The notes beneath the pieces are model-generated. The model saw only the letters and a program-made list of their open reading frames with translations, was not told the DNA's origin and searched no databases. DNA of 64,000 nucleotides from positions 1-64,000 of the forward strand of contig CAWHEP010000007.1 of NCBI GenBank assembly GCA_963828525.1. Direction: 5' to 3'. The first letter of the stretch is position 1; every line of letters begins with the position of its first letter. This DNA comes from an uncultured Verrucomicrobiae bacterium (lineage in GTDB: Bacteria; Verrucomicrobiota; Verrucomicrobiia; Chthoniobacterales; Chthoniobacteraceae). Below, piece after piece: positions 1-10,438 of this stretch. A program made the translations under genes and the position numbers.

Positions 1-1916
1 CGACCATGGCTACCGGCGCCTCACTCGACAAGGCTCCAAATTATACGGTTTACCAAACCGAATTTGGGAATTACAGCAGCAACGTGTCCACCCGATCGCC
101 CGGTCGCACCTACAATTTGAGCGATCAGGTAGCTTGGTTGAAGGGCTCCCACAGCTTCAAAATCGGGATGGAATACGCCAAAGTGAGCTATGCGCGCCTG
201 GACTGCAACAACTGCGCGGGCACCATCGGCTTCAACTCGTCCACCACTGGAAACCCGAGCGTGAGCGGCACCACCGGCATAAACTACGCGGGCTTCCTGC
301 TGGGCTTGGGGAGCAGCGCCAGCTTCAACTACAGCGCAAATATCAACATGTTGTTCGATTACTACGCGTGGTACGTGCAGGACGATTGGAAGGTGAATCG
401 TAAGTTGACCTTGAACCTGGGATTGCGTTACGATCTTCCGTTCGCCCGCTACGAGGATCGCGACCAGCTAAGCAATTTCGATCCGACCGTTCCCAATGCA
501 GCAGCCGGTGGACGGCTCGGGGCGTTGGTGTTCGCGGGTGAGGGGACCGGCAGAACGGGACAACGACGGCTGCAGCAGACCCGCTTTAATGCTCTCGGAC
601 CACGGCTCGGATTTGCCTACCAGGTCGGGAGCAAAACCGTTATCCGCGGAGGCGGGGCGATCATGTACGACAGCAATCGCGAAGACAACAATGCCGACCA
701 GGGCATTCAGGGATTCGGTGGCAACTTCAACGCTCCCGGCAATTACTACTCAACTGGCGTGACCTATTTATTTGGTAAGGGGTTCGGTCAATATGGATCG
801 CTGGTAGATGCCAGCAGACCTCCTAAGGTCGATCCTACGCTGGCAAACAACCAGAGCCCGCAGTACAAGGCCGGAGAGGCTGGACGGGTCGGGTACTTCA
901 CCGATTACAATCTCACAATCGAACACAGTTTCAGTCAAGCTACGTTGCTGCGAGCCAGTTTCCACGCCAACTACGGAATGAAGTTTTTGGCCACACAAAA
1001 TTTCAATCAGCTTGATCCCAAATACATCGCTATCTATGGAAATCTCCTCAGCAGTCCCGTGAACAGCCCGGCCGTCTTGGCGACGGGGTTCCAATTGCCG
1101 TATCCGAACTTTCCGGCCAGCCAACAATTGCAGCAGGCGCTGCGTCCGTATCCGCAATATAACGGAAACATCAATGCCACCAGCAACGGCGGGCACAGTA
1201 CTTACAATGCGCTGGAGACGAGTTTCGAGCACCGTTTCAACAAAGGTCTGTATGCCTCGGTCGCATACACCTTCTCAAAGTTGATCACGAACGTGACGGC
1301 ACAGAATGTTTATTCCTACGTTCAGGAGAAGGCGATCAGCGGCAACGACCGTCCTCACATCGTTGCTATCGCCTATATCTATGAGCTGCCGTTCGGAAGA
1401 GGAAAACAGTTCGGCAGCCACCTGAACACTGCGGTCAACGGGATACTGGGCAACTGGAAGGTTTCCGGAGTTCAGCGTTACCAGAGTGGCACTCCGATCG
1501 GTGTCTCTTCATCGCAGAACTTATTCGGGGCTAGCAGCGGTACCATTCGGCCGAGCTTTGTCCCCGGCCAACCGCTTATTAACCCAAATTGGAATCCGAA
1601 GGACCCCAATAGTCCATACATCAATCCCGCGGCCTTCTTTCAACCGGCGAACGGCGTTTATGGCAACACGCCCCAAAACATCGCGCAGCTCCGGCAGCCC
1701 ATTCAACTGAACGAAGATGTCGCGGCCAGCAAAGTTTGGAATCTTTTCGGCGAGCGGCGGACTTTGGAATTCCGCGGTTCGGCATTCAACGTCGCCAACA
1801 GGCACTTACTCGGCGGTCTGACCACCAGTTACACCAGCGCCACCTTTGGGCGGTTTACGAATCCGCAAACCAACGTTCCGCGTAACATCGAATTTAGTCT
1901 GCGCTTTCTGTTCTAG
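1..1916 (+). CDS. TonB-dependent receptor, Acidobacteria/Oar-like beta-barrel (5' partial)
   Basis: Motifs YVQDDWKVNRKLTLNLGLRYD, PRLGFAY, STYNAL, C-terminal LRFLF with terminal Phe; frame open from the window edge. Confidence 0.9.
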   Translation, partial: TMATGASLDKAPNYTVYQTEFGNYSSNVSTRSPGRTYNLSDQVAWLKGSHSFKIGMEYAKVSYARLDCNNCAGTIGFNSSTTGNPSVSGTTGINYAGFLLGLGSSASFNYSANINMLFDYYAWYVQDDWKVNRKLTLNLGLRYDLPFARYEDRDQLSNFDPTVPNAAAGGRLGALVFAGEGTGRTGQRRLQQTRFNALGPRLGFAYQVGSKTVIRGGGAIMYDSNREDNNADQGIQGFGGNFNAPGNYYSTGVTYLFGKGFGQYGSLVDASRPPKVDPTLANNQSPQYKAGEAGRVGYFTDYNLTIEHSFSQATLLRASFHANYGMKFLATQNFNQLDPKYIAIYGNLLSSPVNSPAVLATGFQLPYPNFPASQQLQQALRPYPQYNGNINATSNGGHSTYNALETSFEHRFNKGLYASVAYTFSKLITNVTAQNVYSYVQEKAISGNDRPHIVAIAYIYELPFGRGKQFGSHLNTAVNGILGNWKVSGVQRYQSGTPIGVSSSQNLFGASSGTIRPSFVPGQPLINPNWNPKDPNSPYINPAAFFQPANGVYGNTPQNIAQLRQPIQLNEDVAASKVWNLFGERRTLEFRGSAFNVANRHLLGGLTTSYTSATFGRFTNPQTNVPRNIEFSLRFLF

Positions 1917-1921
1917 CGCCT

Positions 1922-3164
1922 ATGTACCGTGCACTAACTGCAGGCTTACTGCTGCCATTCGCCTTGCTGGCAGAAGCCGATTACTTTCCTCCGCCCGATG
2001 CTCAGGGCGGCTGGCGATCTTTGACCAATCCATCCGAAATCCTTACCAAGGCTGGAATGGACCCAGATCAGGCTTGATCGGGCCTTCGAGTATGCGTCAA
2101 GAAGCAGCCAGCACGGTGGATTATTGGTGGTCCGCCACGGCTACCTGGTTTTTGAGAAATATTACGGCAAAGGAAATCGCGAGGCCAATCCGGCCATGGC
2201 TTCGGTGGGAAAAGCCTACACCAGCATCGCCTGCGGAATCATGCTGAAAGAGCAGCACCAGAAAATTCCCGACGGACTCGAGACCAAAGTCTTCAACCAA
2301 ACATATCTTCCTGAGGCTTTGCCGCTCGACGATAACCGCAAAGCGGACATCACCCTCGGGCACTTGCTGAGCATGGGAGCGGGACTGCACGGGGAAGGGA
2401 CCAACCCCGGCTTTGTGAACTTCGAGCCCTCCGTAAAGCTCGAAGCGCTGCCGCGTCCGGATCGCTCGAAGCTGGGCCCTGACTACCAGGATCAGAGTGC
2501 GCTGCATACTCCGCTGTGGACGGACCCGGGCCACGGCTACTCATATACCTCGCAGTCCCCGCACATCGCTTCCATCGTCCTGCGCCATTTGGTGGGAATG
2601 GAAATGCAGCAATATATTGACGAAAAACTCGCCAAGCCGATGGGCTGGGGCGGTTGGGGCTATGCCTTGAATCGAGGCGACAACAAGCTTGCGCATACCC
2701 CCGGTGGTGCCGACTGCGCCATCCGCTCCACCGACAATCTTCGCTTCGGCTATCTGCTCCTGCACCAGGGCCGGTGGGGCGATCGCCAGCTTGTTCCTGC
2801 CGATTACATCCAGGCCGCAAGCCACCCGATTTCCTTTCAGAAGCACGCTCCTTTCAGCCTGATGTTTGAAGTGAACGCGGACGGTCATGTGGCCGGCGCT
2901 CCTCTCGATGCGTACTTCAAATCGGGCGGAGGCGGATTCGGAATCATGGTAGTCCCCTCGCTCGATCTGGTTATCTATAAGATGGCCGGCAGCGATCAGC
3001 AGTATAACCCTGCCCTAACCGGACTGCCGCAGAACTACAAGTACGACGGCTCTCGCGACAACTGGAAAGCACCCGCTCGAAGCCAGTTCAACGATGGTCC
3101 GATCGGCACCGACGACGGCGTGCGTAGAGTGCTGGAGATGGTCGCGGCTGCTGTCATTAATTAG
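1922..3164 (+). CDS. Serine hydrolase, beta-lactamase class C family (one frameshift near 2065)
   Basis: ATG 1922 gives signal peptide MYRALTAGLLLPFALLA then YFPPPDAQGGWR; continues in ORF 2124..3164 with SxxK (SVGK), LLSMGAG, YSY, RFGYLLLHQGRWG. Confidence 0.8.
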
Positions 3165-3211
3165 CACTGTTATAATTAAGGATCGTCCCTGCTCCAATCG
3201 CCCGGAGGCAC

Positions 3212-5418
3212 ATGTTCGAACCCATCCCGCGCCAGCTCCCACGCGTGCTCGCAATCTGTTGTCCTGTTTTGCAGCCTCATTGATTGCAGCGACACCCGCG
3301 CTCCCTCCTAAGACCGCACCGGCCCAGCCGAAACTCTGGATTCTCGGCCCTCTAACCCGTCCTGAAATCCCCGCGGCAGCAGCCAAATCGACCAACCCCA
3401 TAGATGCTTTCATCGCGGCTAAATACCAATCCAGGAAATTGAAGCCCGTCGCGCAAGCGGACAAGCGCACTCTGCTGCGCCGCGTCTATTTTGATCTGAT
3501 TGGAATCCCGCCCACGCCCGCGGAACAGGAAGCCTTCCTGAACGACGAGTCGCCCGACGCGTATGAAAAGGTTGTCGACAAGCTCCTCGCCAGCGAGCAG
3601 CACGGCGTTCGCTTCGGCCGCCATTGGTTGGATGTACTGCGTTATGCGGATGCCGACGAGCGCATGACCGCCGCTCCCGGAATCCATCTGTGGCGTGATT
3701 GGGTGGTTAACGCTTTGAACAGCGACATGCCGTACGACCAGTTCGTGCGTACGCAGTTGACTGGTTACCGTACTAAGAACCGGACCCAGATGTCCAGCAT
3801 CGGTGTACGGTCGCCAGCAGAGCCGCGTCCCGAGGATATGTTCGCGCTCGGATTTCTCGCTCGCGGCGATGTAGTCCGGGACAACAAGAACACACAGGAG
3901 ATGCCGATCGTAGCGGTTGAGACGGTGTCTACCGCTTTCATGGGGCTCACAGTGGGTTGCGCCAAGTGTCACGACCACATGTACGATCCCATCAAACAGA
4001 AAGATTTCTACGCGATGAAGGCGCTTTTTGACCCTTGGTCATCCGGAAGGTGACGCTTGCCACTCCCGCCGAGATCGTAGCGAAGGGGAAAGAGCTCGAG
4101 CAGGTGGAAAAGAAGCGCGCACCTCTGAGAAAGCGCTCGCCGATTTTGTCGAGCCGTACAGAATCAAGTTATATAACGACCGGGTCGCGATGCTGCCCCC
4201 CGATGTGAAGGCGATCATTCTCAAGCCGGAAGAACAGCGCACGCCCGCGGAACAGAAGATCGCCGACGATTATTTCCCGGTGCTTCGCATCGATTCCGAC
4301 AAAATCAATGAAGCGCTCCCTGAGACCGACCGCGCCAAATACAAGGAATTACAGCGTGCCGTCCAGCAAGCCGGCGGCGCTGGATTCCGGGGCGGGAACG
4401 GCTTGCCTGCATTCTGGACCGTGGAGCCGGATCCCAAACGACAGACCGAAGTCAGCTACATCCTGACCAGCGGCGATCCGGATCGCCCGGAGAAGGCTCA
4501 TCCCGTCGAGCCGGGCTGGCCATTCATGCCTGCCAGCGTCAATTTTCATGAAGGCCGGATAGCCGCGTTTTCCGATTGGCTCACATCGTCTGAAAACCAG
4601 CTCTTCTCCCGCGTAGCCGTGAATCGTCTATGGCAGTGGCACTTCGGCGAGGGCATACAAAAGCTATCGAGCGATTTTGGCAAGCTCGGTGGAACTCCCT
4701 CCGATCCCGAATTGCTGGATTGGCTGGCGACTGAATTCGTCCAGCGAAATTTCAGCATGAAGCAAATGCACCGGCTTATGGTCACCTCCAATACGTACAA
4801 GCTTGCTTCCGAGGCCAAGGGGCCCGCTCGTCGCGGCTAATGTCAAAGCCGATCCCGAAGACACCTACCTGTGGCGCTTCCGCCTGCAGCGTCTGCAAGC
4901 CGAGCCGATCTGGGATTCGATTCTTACCGCGGCGGGCGATCTGGATACCAGCCTGGGCGGACCCTCTTTCGATCCCAGCCCTGCCCCGCCTGGACGCCGC
5001 GGTGCCCGGACCGCGCCTGCCATGGCATCGCAGAATAACCGCCGCGCTGCCTACATGATTCGCGGATTCTCTACCAACCGCGATGTGGTCCCGAATTTCC
5101 TGCAGTCCTTCGATGTCGATGACGGACGCGCGCCCTGTCCCATGCGGACCCAAACCGTTACTGCGCCGCAGGCTTTGTTCCTGATGAATAGCCCTGAAGT
5201 GGAAAAGGAAAGCGCCAAACTCGCCGAACGTATTCAGAAGGAGAGTGGCGGTGAATCTGAAAGCGGCCGTCGATAGAGGGTTCCAGCTCACCACCGGCCG
5301 CCCGCCATCGCCCGCTGAAAGGGATCACGCTCTCACGTATCTTGATAACGACCCGGCCCGGCTGAAGGGGCTCGCTTGGTTGCTTTTCAACCTCGATGAG
5401 TTTATCTATGTTAAGTAG
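3212..5418 (+). CDS. DUF1549/DUF1553 (PSD1/PSCyt) domain protein, several frameshifts
   Basis: GGAGG before ATG 3212; motifs NPIDAFI, LLRRVYFDLIGIPPT, GRHWLDV, CAKCHDH, VNRLWQWHFGEG, PELLDWLA, QALFLMN and C-terminal LFNLDEFIYVK* across ORFs 3094..4053, 4028..4840, 4803..5276. Confidence 0.85.
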
Positions 5419-5442
5419 ATTCATCCGCGTGAGCTGACAGCC

Positions 5443-5523
5443 ATGGACTATCGCGACATCTATCCGTGCGGCAGAGTGAATCGCCGCAAATTTTTGTTCG
5501 AGGCTGGCGGCGGATTTTGTGGC
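5443..5523 (+). pseudogene. 5' stub of a DUF1501-type Tat protein, cut at a junction
   Basis: MDYRDIYPCGRVNRRKFLFEAGGGFCG has the twin-Arg start typical of DUF1501 genes that follow DUF1553 genes; the frame becomes nonsensical after 5523. Confidence 0.65.
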
Positions 5524-5734
5524 GATCTCGCGGTCGATCGTGACCCTGGATGTCAGGGGCATCGCTGCCCATCTGCGCCGTTAGCGTGTGCTTCCCGCCG
5601 ATCAGGAGATCATATCGGATCAGACCCACCAGATAGCCGGAGAACGAGCGATAGCCCAGTTCACTCCAGCGTGTCTTCACGATCTCGTTCAGCAGGTAAG
5701 GCACCGTGACGAACTTGCGAACCGCTTTGAACAT
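5521..5734 (-). pseudogene. 5' part of a hypothetical (RHH-like) protein, truncated at the same junction
   Basis: MFKAVRKFVTVPYLLNEIVKTRWSELGYRSFSGYLVGLIRYDLLIGGKH reads as real protein until it runs into the antisense of the DUF1501 stub. Confidence 0.5.
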
Positions 5735-5898
5735 CTGTGCGAACTAACACCGCAACGAACCGTTTCTTCAAGCGTAAAGCGGTCCGCCGTTCACTGAACC
5801 CTTTTCCTGATGGACTTGTCCGTGCCCCTTTGTATAAAAGGGATGGCGTCGCAACTCGCTTGCGTCCGCATCAACCCCAACTTGCCAGTCACTCTCCC

Positions 5899-6351
5899 AT
5901 GAAAAAACAAACTCTCCTTTCCGTCATCACCATCGCTTCCGTCATGCTGCTCTCGCCTGCCGTCCACGCCAAAAAGCCGAAGGCGTCCGCAAGCCCTGGG
6001 GCAAGCCCCGCCGCCGCGGAAGCCGCCGCGTCCCCAGACGCTTCACCCGCCGCGAAGAAGAGAGATGGCTACCCCATCCACGGCAAACTGAAGTCCGTCG
6101 ACCTCAGCGCGAACACTTTCAGTCTCGATGCAAAAACTCCTCGCGTTTACATGCTCACGTCCACAACCAAGATCAAAAAGAACGGCGCTCCAGCCACGCT
6201 CAAGGACGCGGTAGTCGGTGAAGATGTAGGCGGTTACGTCAAAAAGGACGTCGACGGCAAGATCGAAGTCATGAGCGTGCGATTCGGAGCAAAGCCAGGA
6301 GCCGTCGCCAAAAAAGCCGGCAGCGCGACATCCCCCGCCCCCAAGCAATAG
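5899..6351 (+). CDS. Secreted hypothetical protein (signal peptide, Ala/Pro linker, small beta domain)
   Basis: MKKQTLLSVITIASVMLLSPAVHA signal; PIHGKLKSVD...ATLKDAVVGEDVGG. Confidence 0.7.
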   Translation: MKKQTLLSVITIASVMLLSPAVHAKKPKASASPGASPAAAEAAASPDASPAAKKRDGYPIHGKLKSVDLSANTFSLDAKTPRVYMLTSTTKIKKNGAPATLKDAVVGEDVGGYVKKDVDGKIEVMSVRFGAKPGAVAKKAGSATSPAPKQ

Positions 6352-6360
6352 TCGCCGCCG

Positions 6361-6478
6361 GGTAGGGATCGCCCGCAACGAACCCGCCCTCAAAGTAGGA
6401 ACGCCAAAGGCATACAAGGACGTTGCGGGAGAGGTCTTTTGCGTTGACGGCCGGACGTCTCGACGAGGCGTCCCGACC
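6361..6478. repeat. Degenerate pair of GTAG-family REP elements
   Basis: GGTAGGGATCGCC at 6361; GGACGTCTCGACGAGGCGTCCCGACC near 6453-6478 is the reverse-complement form of the REP at 19362. Confidence 0.5.
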
Positions 6479-6635
6479 TGGAAATGGCCTTCGGCTTCGG
6501 GGGATCGCGCGACATGTCCGCTTTTCAAGATTCCCCTGGCTGCGAGGGCGGGCGAATTGCGTTCGCTATGTGTTTGTAAGTGTACCAATTGTGTTCTTTT
6601 TAGCGCCACCGATTCTTGTCGTAGCGGGATTGCAT

Positions 6636-7315
6636 ATGGAAATCTACATAACAAGGGAGGGCGAGCAGTTCGGCCCGTATCCGCGAGAGATGGCGCTGGC
6701 TTACTTGAAAGAAGGCTCGTTGAGTCACACATGGCATGAAGGTCTGCCAGACTGGAAACCGTTGAGCGACCTGTTGGGCAGCGCTCCCCGTCCCGCTTTT
6801 CTACTACAGCCCGTTACTGCGCCTGCGATCCAGCGCGGGCCGTTCCCCGGGCAATCACGTCGCGCCCAGTGGCCACCTCCGCCAGGAAGCCCGCGCCCAC
6901 TTCCAGAAATAGGGGACAGCGAATCAGCGACATCGCGTTCGTCTTGTTTGTCGCCGGGTGCGGCATCTACTTTTTCCAGACGCCTCGCGGGGCGGATCTG
7001 GGAAGGGCGTGGATGGCCCGCGTAATTGCATTTGCGCATCCTGGCGGCGGCTCGGAAGTCGCGCCGTCCTCCGCTCCGGCGGACGATGAGCCTGCTCCTC
7101 CGCCACGGTTGCCTGCCGTCGCGGTGGAAGCGCCGCGCCCGGCGCCGAGCGCGGCGCCCGCCCTTTCGGCGCGAGCGTCCGCGCCTGAACAGCCGAAATC
7201 CATAGACTGGCCGGCAGTGCGGGCGAATCCAAGCGTGTGGCCAAAGGCCGTCCTCCTCACGAGGGCAGTGCGCTTCCCGGCAATACTGGACGGCCAGGTC
7301 GTTGGCTCGGTGGAG
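6636..7315 (+). pseudogene. GYF_2/DUF4339 membrane protein, frameshifted and 3'-truncated by an Rhs module
   Basis: MEIYITREGEQFGPY...WHEGLPDWKPL; TM segment IAFVLFVAGCGIYFF and WPKAVLLTRAVRFPAILDGQVVGSV in the next frame, then an abrupt switch to Rhs sequence. Confidence 0.7.
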
Positions 7316-7353
7316 GACGGCGGATCCGAGCGGGTTTCCGGATGGAGCGAATA
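7311..7353 (+). repeat. Rhs core-tip direct repeat, copy 1 (copy 2 at 8847..8889)
   Basis: TGGA(G/C)GACGGCGGATCCGAGCGGGTTTCCGGATGG(A/G)GCGAATA, 41/43 identical by eye. Confidence 0.9.
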
Positions 7354-7739
7354 GTTACGATTTCCTGAGCAACTCTCCTCAGGGCTCCGTTGACTATCAG
7401 GGCTTTGAATCGGTCAAAATCCCTCTCACTGGAACTACGCTAACATTCGGAAAGGATGGCATCAAGATAAGCCAGGAACTCCCAGGTAGGGTAAAGAATA
7501 GCACGCAGGATGACTTGAACGTGACCTTCAAAATTAGCGGAGACATAGAGCTTGACGCTACCGCCATCGTCACTGGCGCCAAAGTCAAACTCACGTTCGA
7601 AGAATCCATCGACATCACGGTAAAGCCAAAATACAGTGGCTGGATAGTTGCGAATGCCGGATTCGATAAGACGAAGTGGGACCCGAAAAACCCAGCTGCC
7701 GCGTTCAACGCAACGTTCGAGGCGAAGACGGCGGAATAA
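7311..7739 (+). CDS. Orphan Rhs C-terminal module (core tip + variable domain), no proper start
   Basis: WRTADPSGFPDGANSYDFLSNSPQGSVDYQGF matches the Rhs-associated core end with a PxxxxDxxG motif, followed by ~110 unique aa. Confidence 0.75.
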   Translation, partial: WRTADPSGFPDGANSYDFLSNSPQGSVDYQGFESVKIPLTGTTLTFGKDGIKISQELPGRVKNSTQDDLNVTFKISGDIELDATAIVTGAKVKLTFEESIDITVKPKYSGWIVANAGFDKTKWDPKNPAAAFNATFEAKTAE

Positions 7740-7757
7740 CGAAATGGCTTCGAAGCT

Positions 7758-8261
7758 ATGAAACTTATCAGTTTTATAATCCTATTATCCCTTCGCGGTA
7801 TCGCCACAGAGGCGCAAATCCCCCAAGTCTCAGGGAAGTTTGTTGTAGAGGGATCTGTTGACAACCGCTCGGTGATGCAACTATTGCGAAGCCGGCAGAT
7901 TGCTTATTCTGAGCTAATGGACATGTTCCTCGTAATAAGCGAGGACTCGCTGAATGTTTCACCGATCATTTCCGAGGCCAGATGTCCAAAAAAAGTGTCT
8001 GCTCTCAGACGTTACGATGGATATGTCCAACTAGCGGGAAATTCGTTCGCGCCGGACCAGCAATCACTGCGGTTTTCAAAAGTCAACTACTTGGAAGAGA
8101 TTGATTCGAAGGAGCACGGAGATCTTAGCCTGTTCGAGTTGCCCACGAAGGAGGGGATAACATGTGGCATTGCCCTTGGACTTAGTGATAAGGAACTTTT
8201 CGTGAAGTGGCTTACGCCGGAAGAACTGTCCAAAGTTCGGATGTCGAAGACGGTACCCTGA
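7758..8261 (+). CDS. Secreted hypothetical protein, putative immunity/partner of the orphan Rhs module
   Basis: 167-aa ORF 18 bp after the module, signal-like N-terminus, lower GC. Confidence 0.6.
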   Translation: MKLISFIILLSLRGIATEAQIPQVSGKFVVEGSVDNRSVMQLLRSRQIAYSELMDMFLVISEDSLNVSPIISEARCPKKVSALRRYDGYVQLAGNSFAPDQQSLRFSKVNYLEEIDSKEHGDLSLFELPTKEGITCGIALGLSDKELFVKWLTPEELSKVRMSKTVP

Positions 8262-8296
8262 GGCCTGTTTTGGCAGTGTCAACATTTTACCGGGCA

Positions 8297-8420
8297 GTGA
8301 ACGATGCTGCTATAGCGGAAACCGTGGAGGATTATCTCTGGGACGGCCTCGCCCTTATTTACGTGAGTGGAGAATACGACGTGATCGAACCCACGTAAAT
8401 GGCGGTTCCGGCATCGCCAG
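8297..8420 (+). pseudogene. Relic of a long Rhs protein
   Basis: Translates EDYLWDGLALIYVSGEYDVIEP/HVNGG, resembling the xxWDGLAL...EPH..GG segment I recall upstream of the core in PVC Rhs proteins. Confidence 0.5.
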
Positions 8421-8627
8421 AATCAAGGATGGACACACAAGCTACGATATAAACGACCTGCTTGGGACGACGCTTGCCGTCGTGTCCGACACCGAATTGC
8501 GGATCACTCCGCTGACAGCCTTTGGCAAACCGAGGACGGTTGCGCCACAACTCGGAAAGCCCGCGCCGCTGGAGGCGCCGGGTTTTCCTTCACAAACAAG
8601 CCTCCAGCCGCAAACAGGAAAGACACC

Positions 8628-9414
8628 ATGAAAACAATGAAACACATCATCGCCACTCTTCTTGGAATGGCCCTACTCGGAGCAACCGCCGCGCATGCGG
8701 CTCCGTCGGCAGCGCCCGAAATGAACGGAAAGCTCCGCGTAACAACGCTCGCGCCCGAGAATATACGTTACACCGGCAAACCTTATAGCAAGGCCCTGGG
8801 AGCATATGTGTTCAATGCTCGTGAGGACGATCCTCAAATGAGCCGCTGGACGACGGCGGATCCGAGCGGGTTTCCGGATGGGGCGAATAATAAGAAATAC
8901 GCCCCGGTTCCAACAACAAGCGTGGACACGAATGGACTCTGGACAATAAAGCTCTGCGCAGCGTCAAGCGGGTCGAGCTCTTGGAGTGACAGCAGTGGAC
9001 AACTCAGTGCTACGGCGCAACTTACGTCCGAAACGCCCGCAGGCATGACAAGTGATGTTATCACCGTTGATGCAACGGCAAGCGCCCACGTATAAGCCTT
9101 CCTCTGGGCAGTCTTACCACCTTAAATATCTCTGACACCTTCAAGATTTCTGTTGATAGGTACCGGAGCTCTTTCGGTGGCGGGGACTGGCACATACGAC
9201 AAGGGTTCTAATCCAGAGTTGGTGGTAGCTGGCAACTGCAACATCTACTGCGCGTTCGCTAACCCTTACATATACCGCTGCCGGGCTACAAACCGCGACG
9301 GGCTTGACCGGCGCGGGCGGAACCATTTTGGGGAACGGGGGAAGTTTATCCTGGGCTACAGCTGCCAATCACATAACAGGACCGGTCTCTTTGGTATTCA
9401 CGGCTACTGAGTGA
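8628..9414 (+). CDS. Signal-peptide 'mini-Rhs' protein: Rhs-associated core + Ser/Thr-rich variable C-terminal domain (frameshifts ~9090-9230)
   Basis: MKTMKHIIATLLGMALLGATAAHA signal; YTGKPYSKALGAYVFNAREDDPQMSRWTTADPSGFPDGANNKKYAPVPTTSVDTNGL; reading can be followed across shifts to ...SLVFTATE* at 9414. Confidence 0.8.
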
Positions 9415-9591
9415 CTCGTGAGGACTATTTCGTCAAAAAGAAGTATTACATGAAGATAAATGTGATCTCAACTGACGGGTGGCTTAGGCGGACAATGGCG
9501 TGCCGCCAGTTGTCTGAGCCGTTCAAAATGGAGCGCGTTTCTGCGATTCAGATGTCTGCGCCTCCTTCTGTGCGGGTCAGCGGTGGTGAGC

Positions 9592-10195
9592 ATGCACTCG
9601 AAGGAAATAAAAACAGTCTGCTGCTGACCGTGCTGATCTACTTGGTCGTTGCCTCTCAGGGGGCGACAACCAAGGCAGGGGCGAGCGACCAATCCAAAGA
9701 GGTTGAAAGCTCTAAACGGCTGGCGAGCTATGCGCAATCCTTTGATAAAGAGTCTGGAATCGCAGTCCGAATGTCCGGGGTTCTTTCGGAGCGGCGGAAA
9801 AACACCAGGTAAATGTATTGCACCTGGAGTCGTTTGCCCGTTTAAGGGAAGGAGAGGGAAACCAAAAGGAGTGGGGTTTCAAGCAGAATATTGAAATCGT
9901 CAGAGATACGGATGGCACGCTGTCAGTTTATAATTCAAATGGAACCATCGAAAAAGGATCTGAGGGTTATACCGTAAGAGATCTAGTGTTGGTCCAATAT
10001 TCAGAAGGTCGGACACATGCGGTTCTACGCTGCTACACAGCGTTGATCACGGGAGAGAGCAGCGGCGGTGCCGACCCCAGCGTAGTCGAAGTGCCAAATC
10101 TGGATGGTGCTGATCCCTTGAGCTGTTTGACTCACTCGCATAAAGCGAAACAAATATTGCTGCTGGGACTTGGGGAGACCGTGGAGATTAATTGA
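9592..10195 (+). CDS. Hypothetical exported protein, putative partner of the mini-Rhs (frameshifted, start uncertain)
   Basis: Hydrophobic LLLTVLIYLVVASQG segment in ORF 9411..9812 continuing into ORF 9818..10195; lower GC. Confidence 0.45.
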
Positions 10196-10288
10196 TGATC
10201 GGGGGCAAATAGCTGTGGGGCCCGCCTTTATTGTAAGGGAGCAATGTGGCGCTACGAATATAGTCTGCTGAGCGATGGGGTAGACAAG

Positions 10289-10365
10289 CTTCGTCCCCTC
10301 CGTCATAACCCCGGGCGCAAAGCTCGCTAAACGCCAACGCGCTCAAAAGCGGCTCGCAGCCATCC
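10289..10365 (+). repeat. Partial composite repeat (3' tail), homologous to 14573..14650
   Basis: CTTCGTCCCCTCCGTCATAACCCCG...CGGCTCGCA versus CTTCGCCCCCCTCCGTCATAACCCCG...CGGCTCGCA. Confidence 0.7.
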
Positions 10366-10438
10366 TAACCGGCGCTCACCCACCGCCGCAAACCTTAAGA
10401 CTCGTCCGACATAGCTAATATCTCTAACGTGCTTCCGG

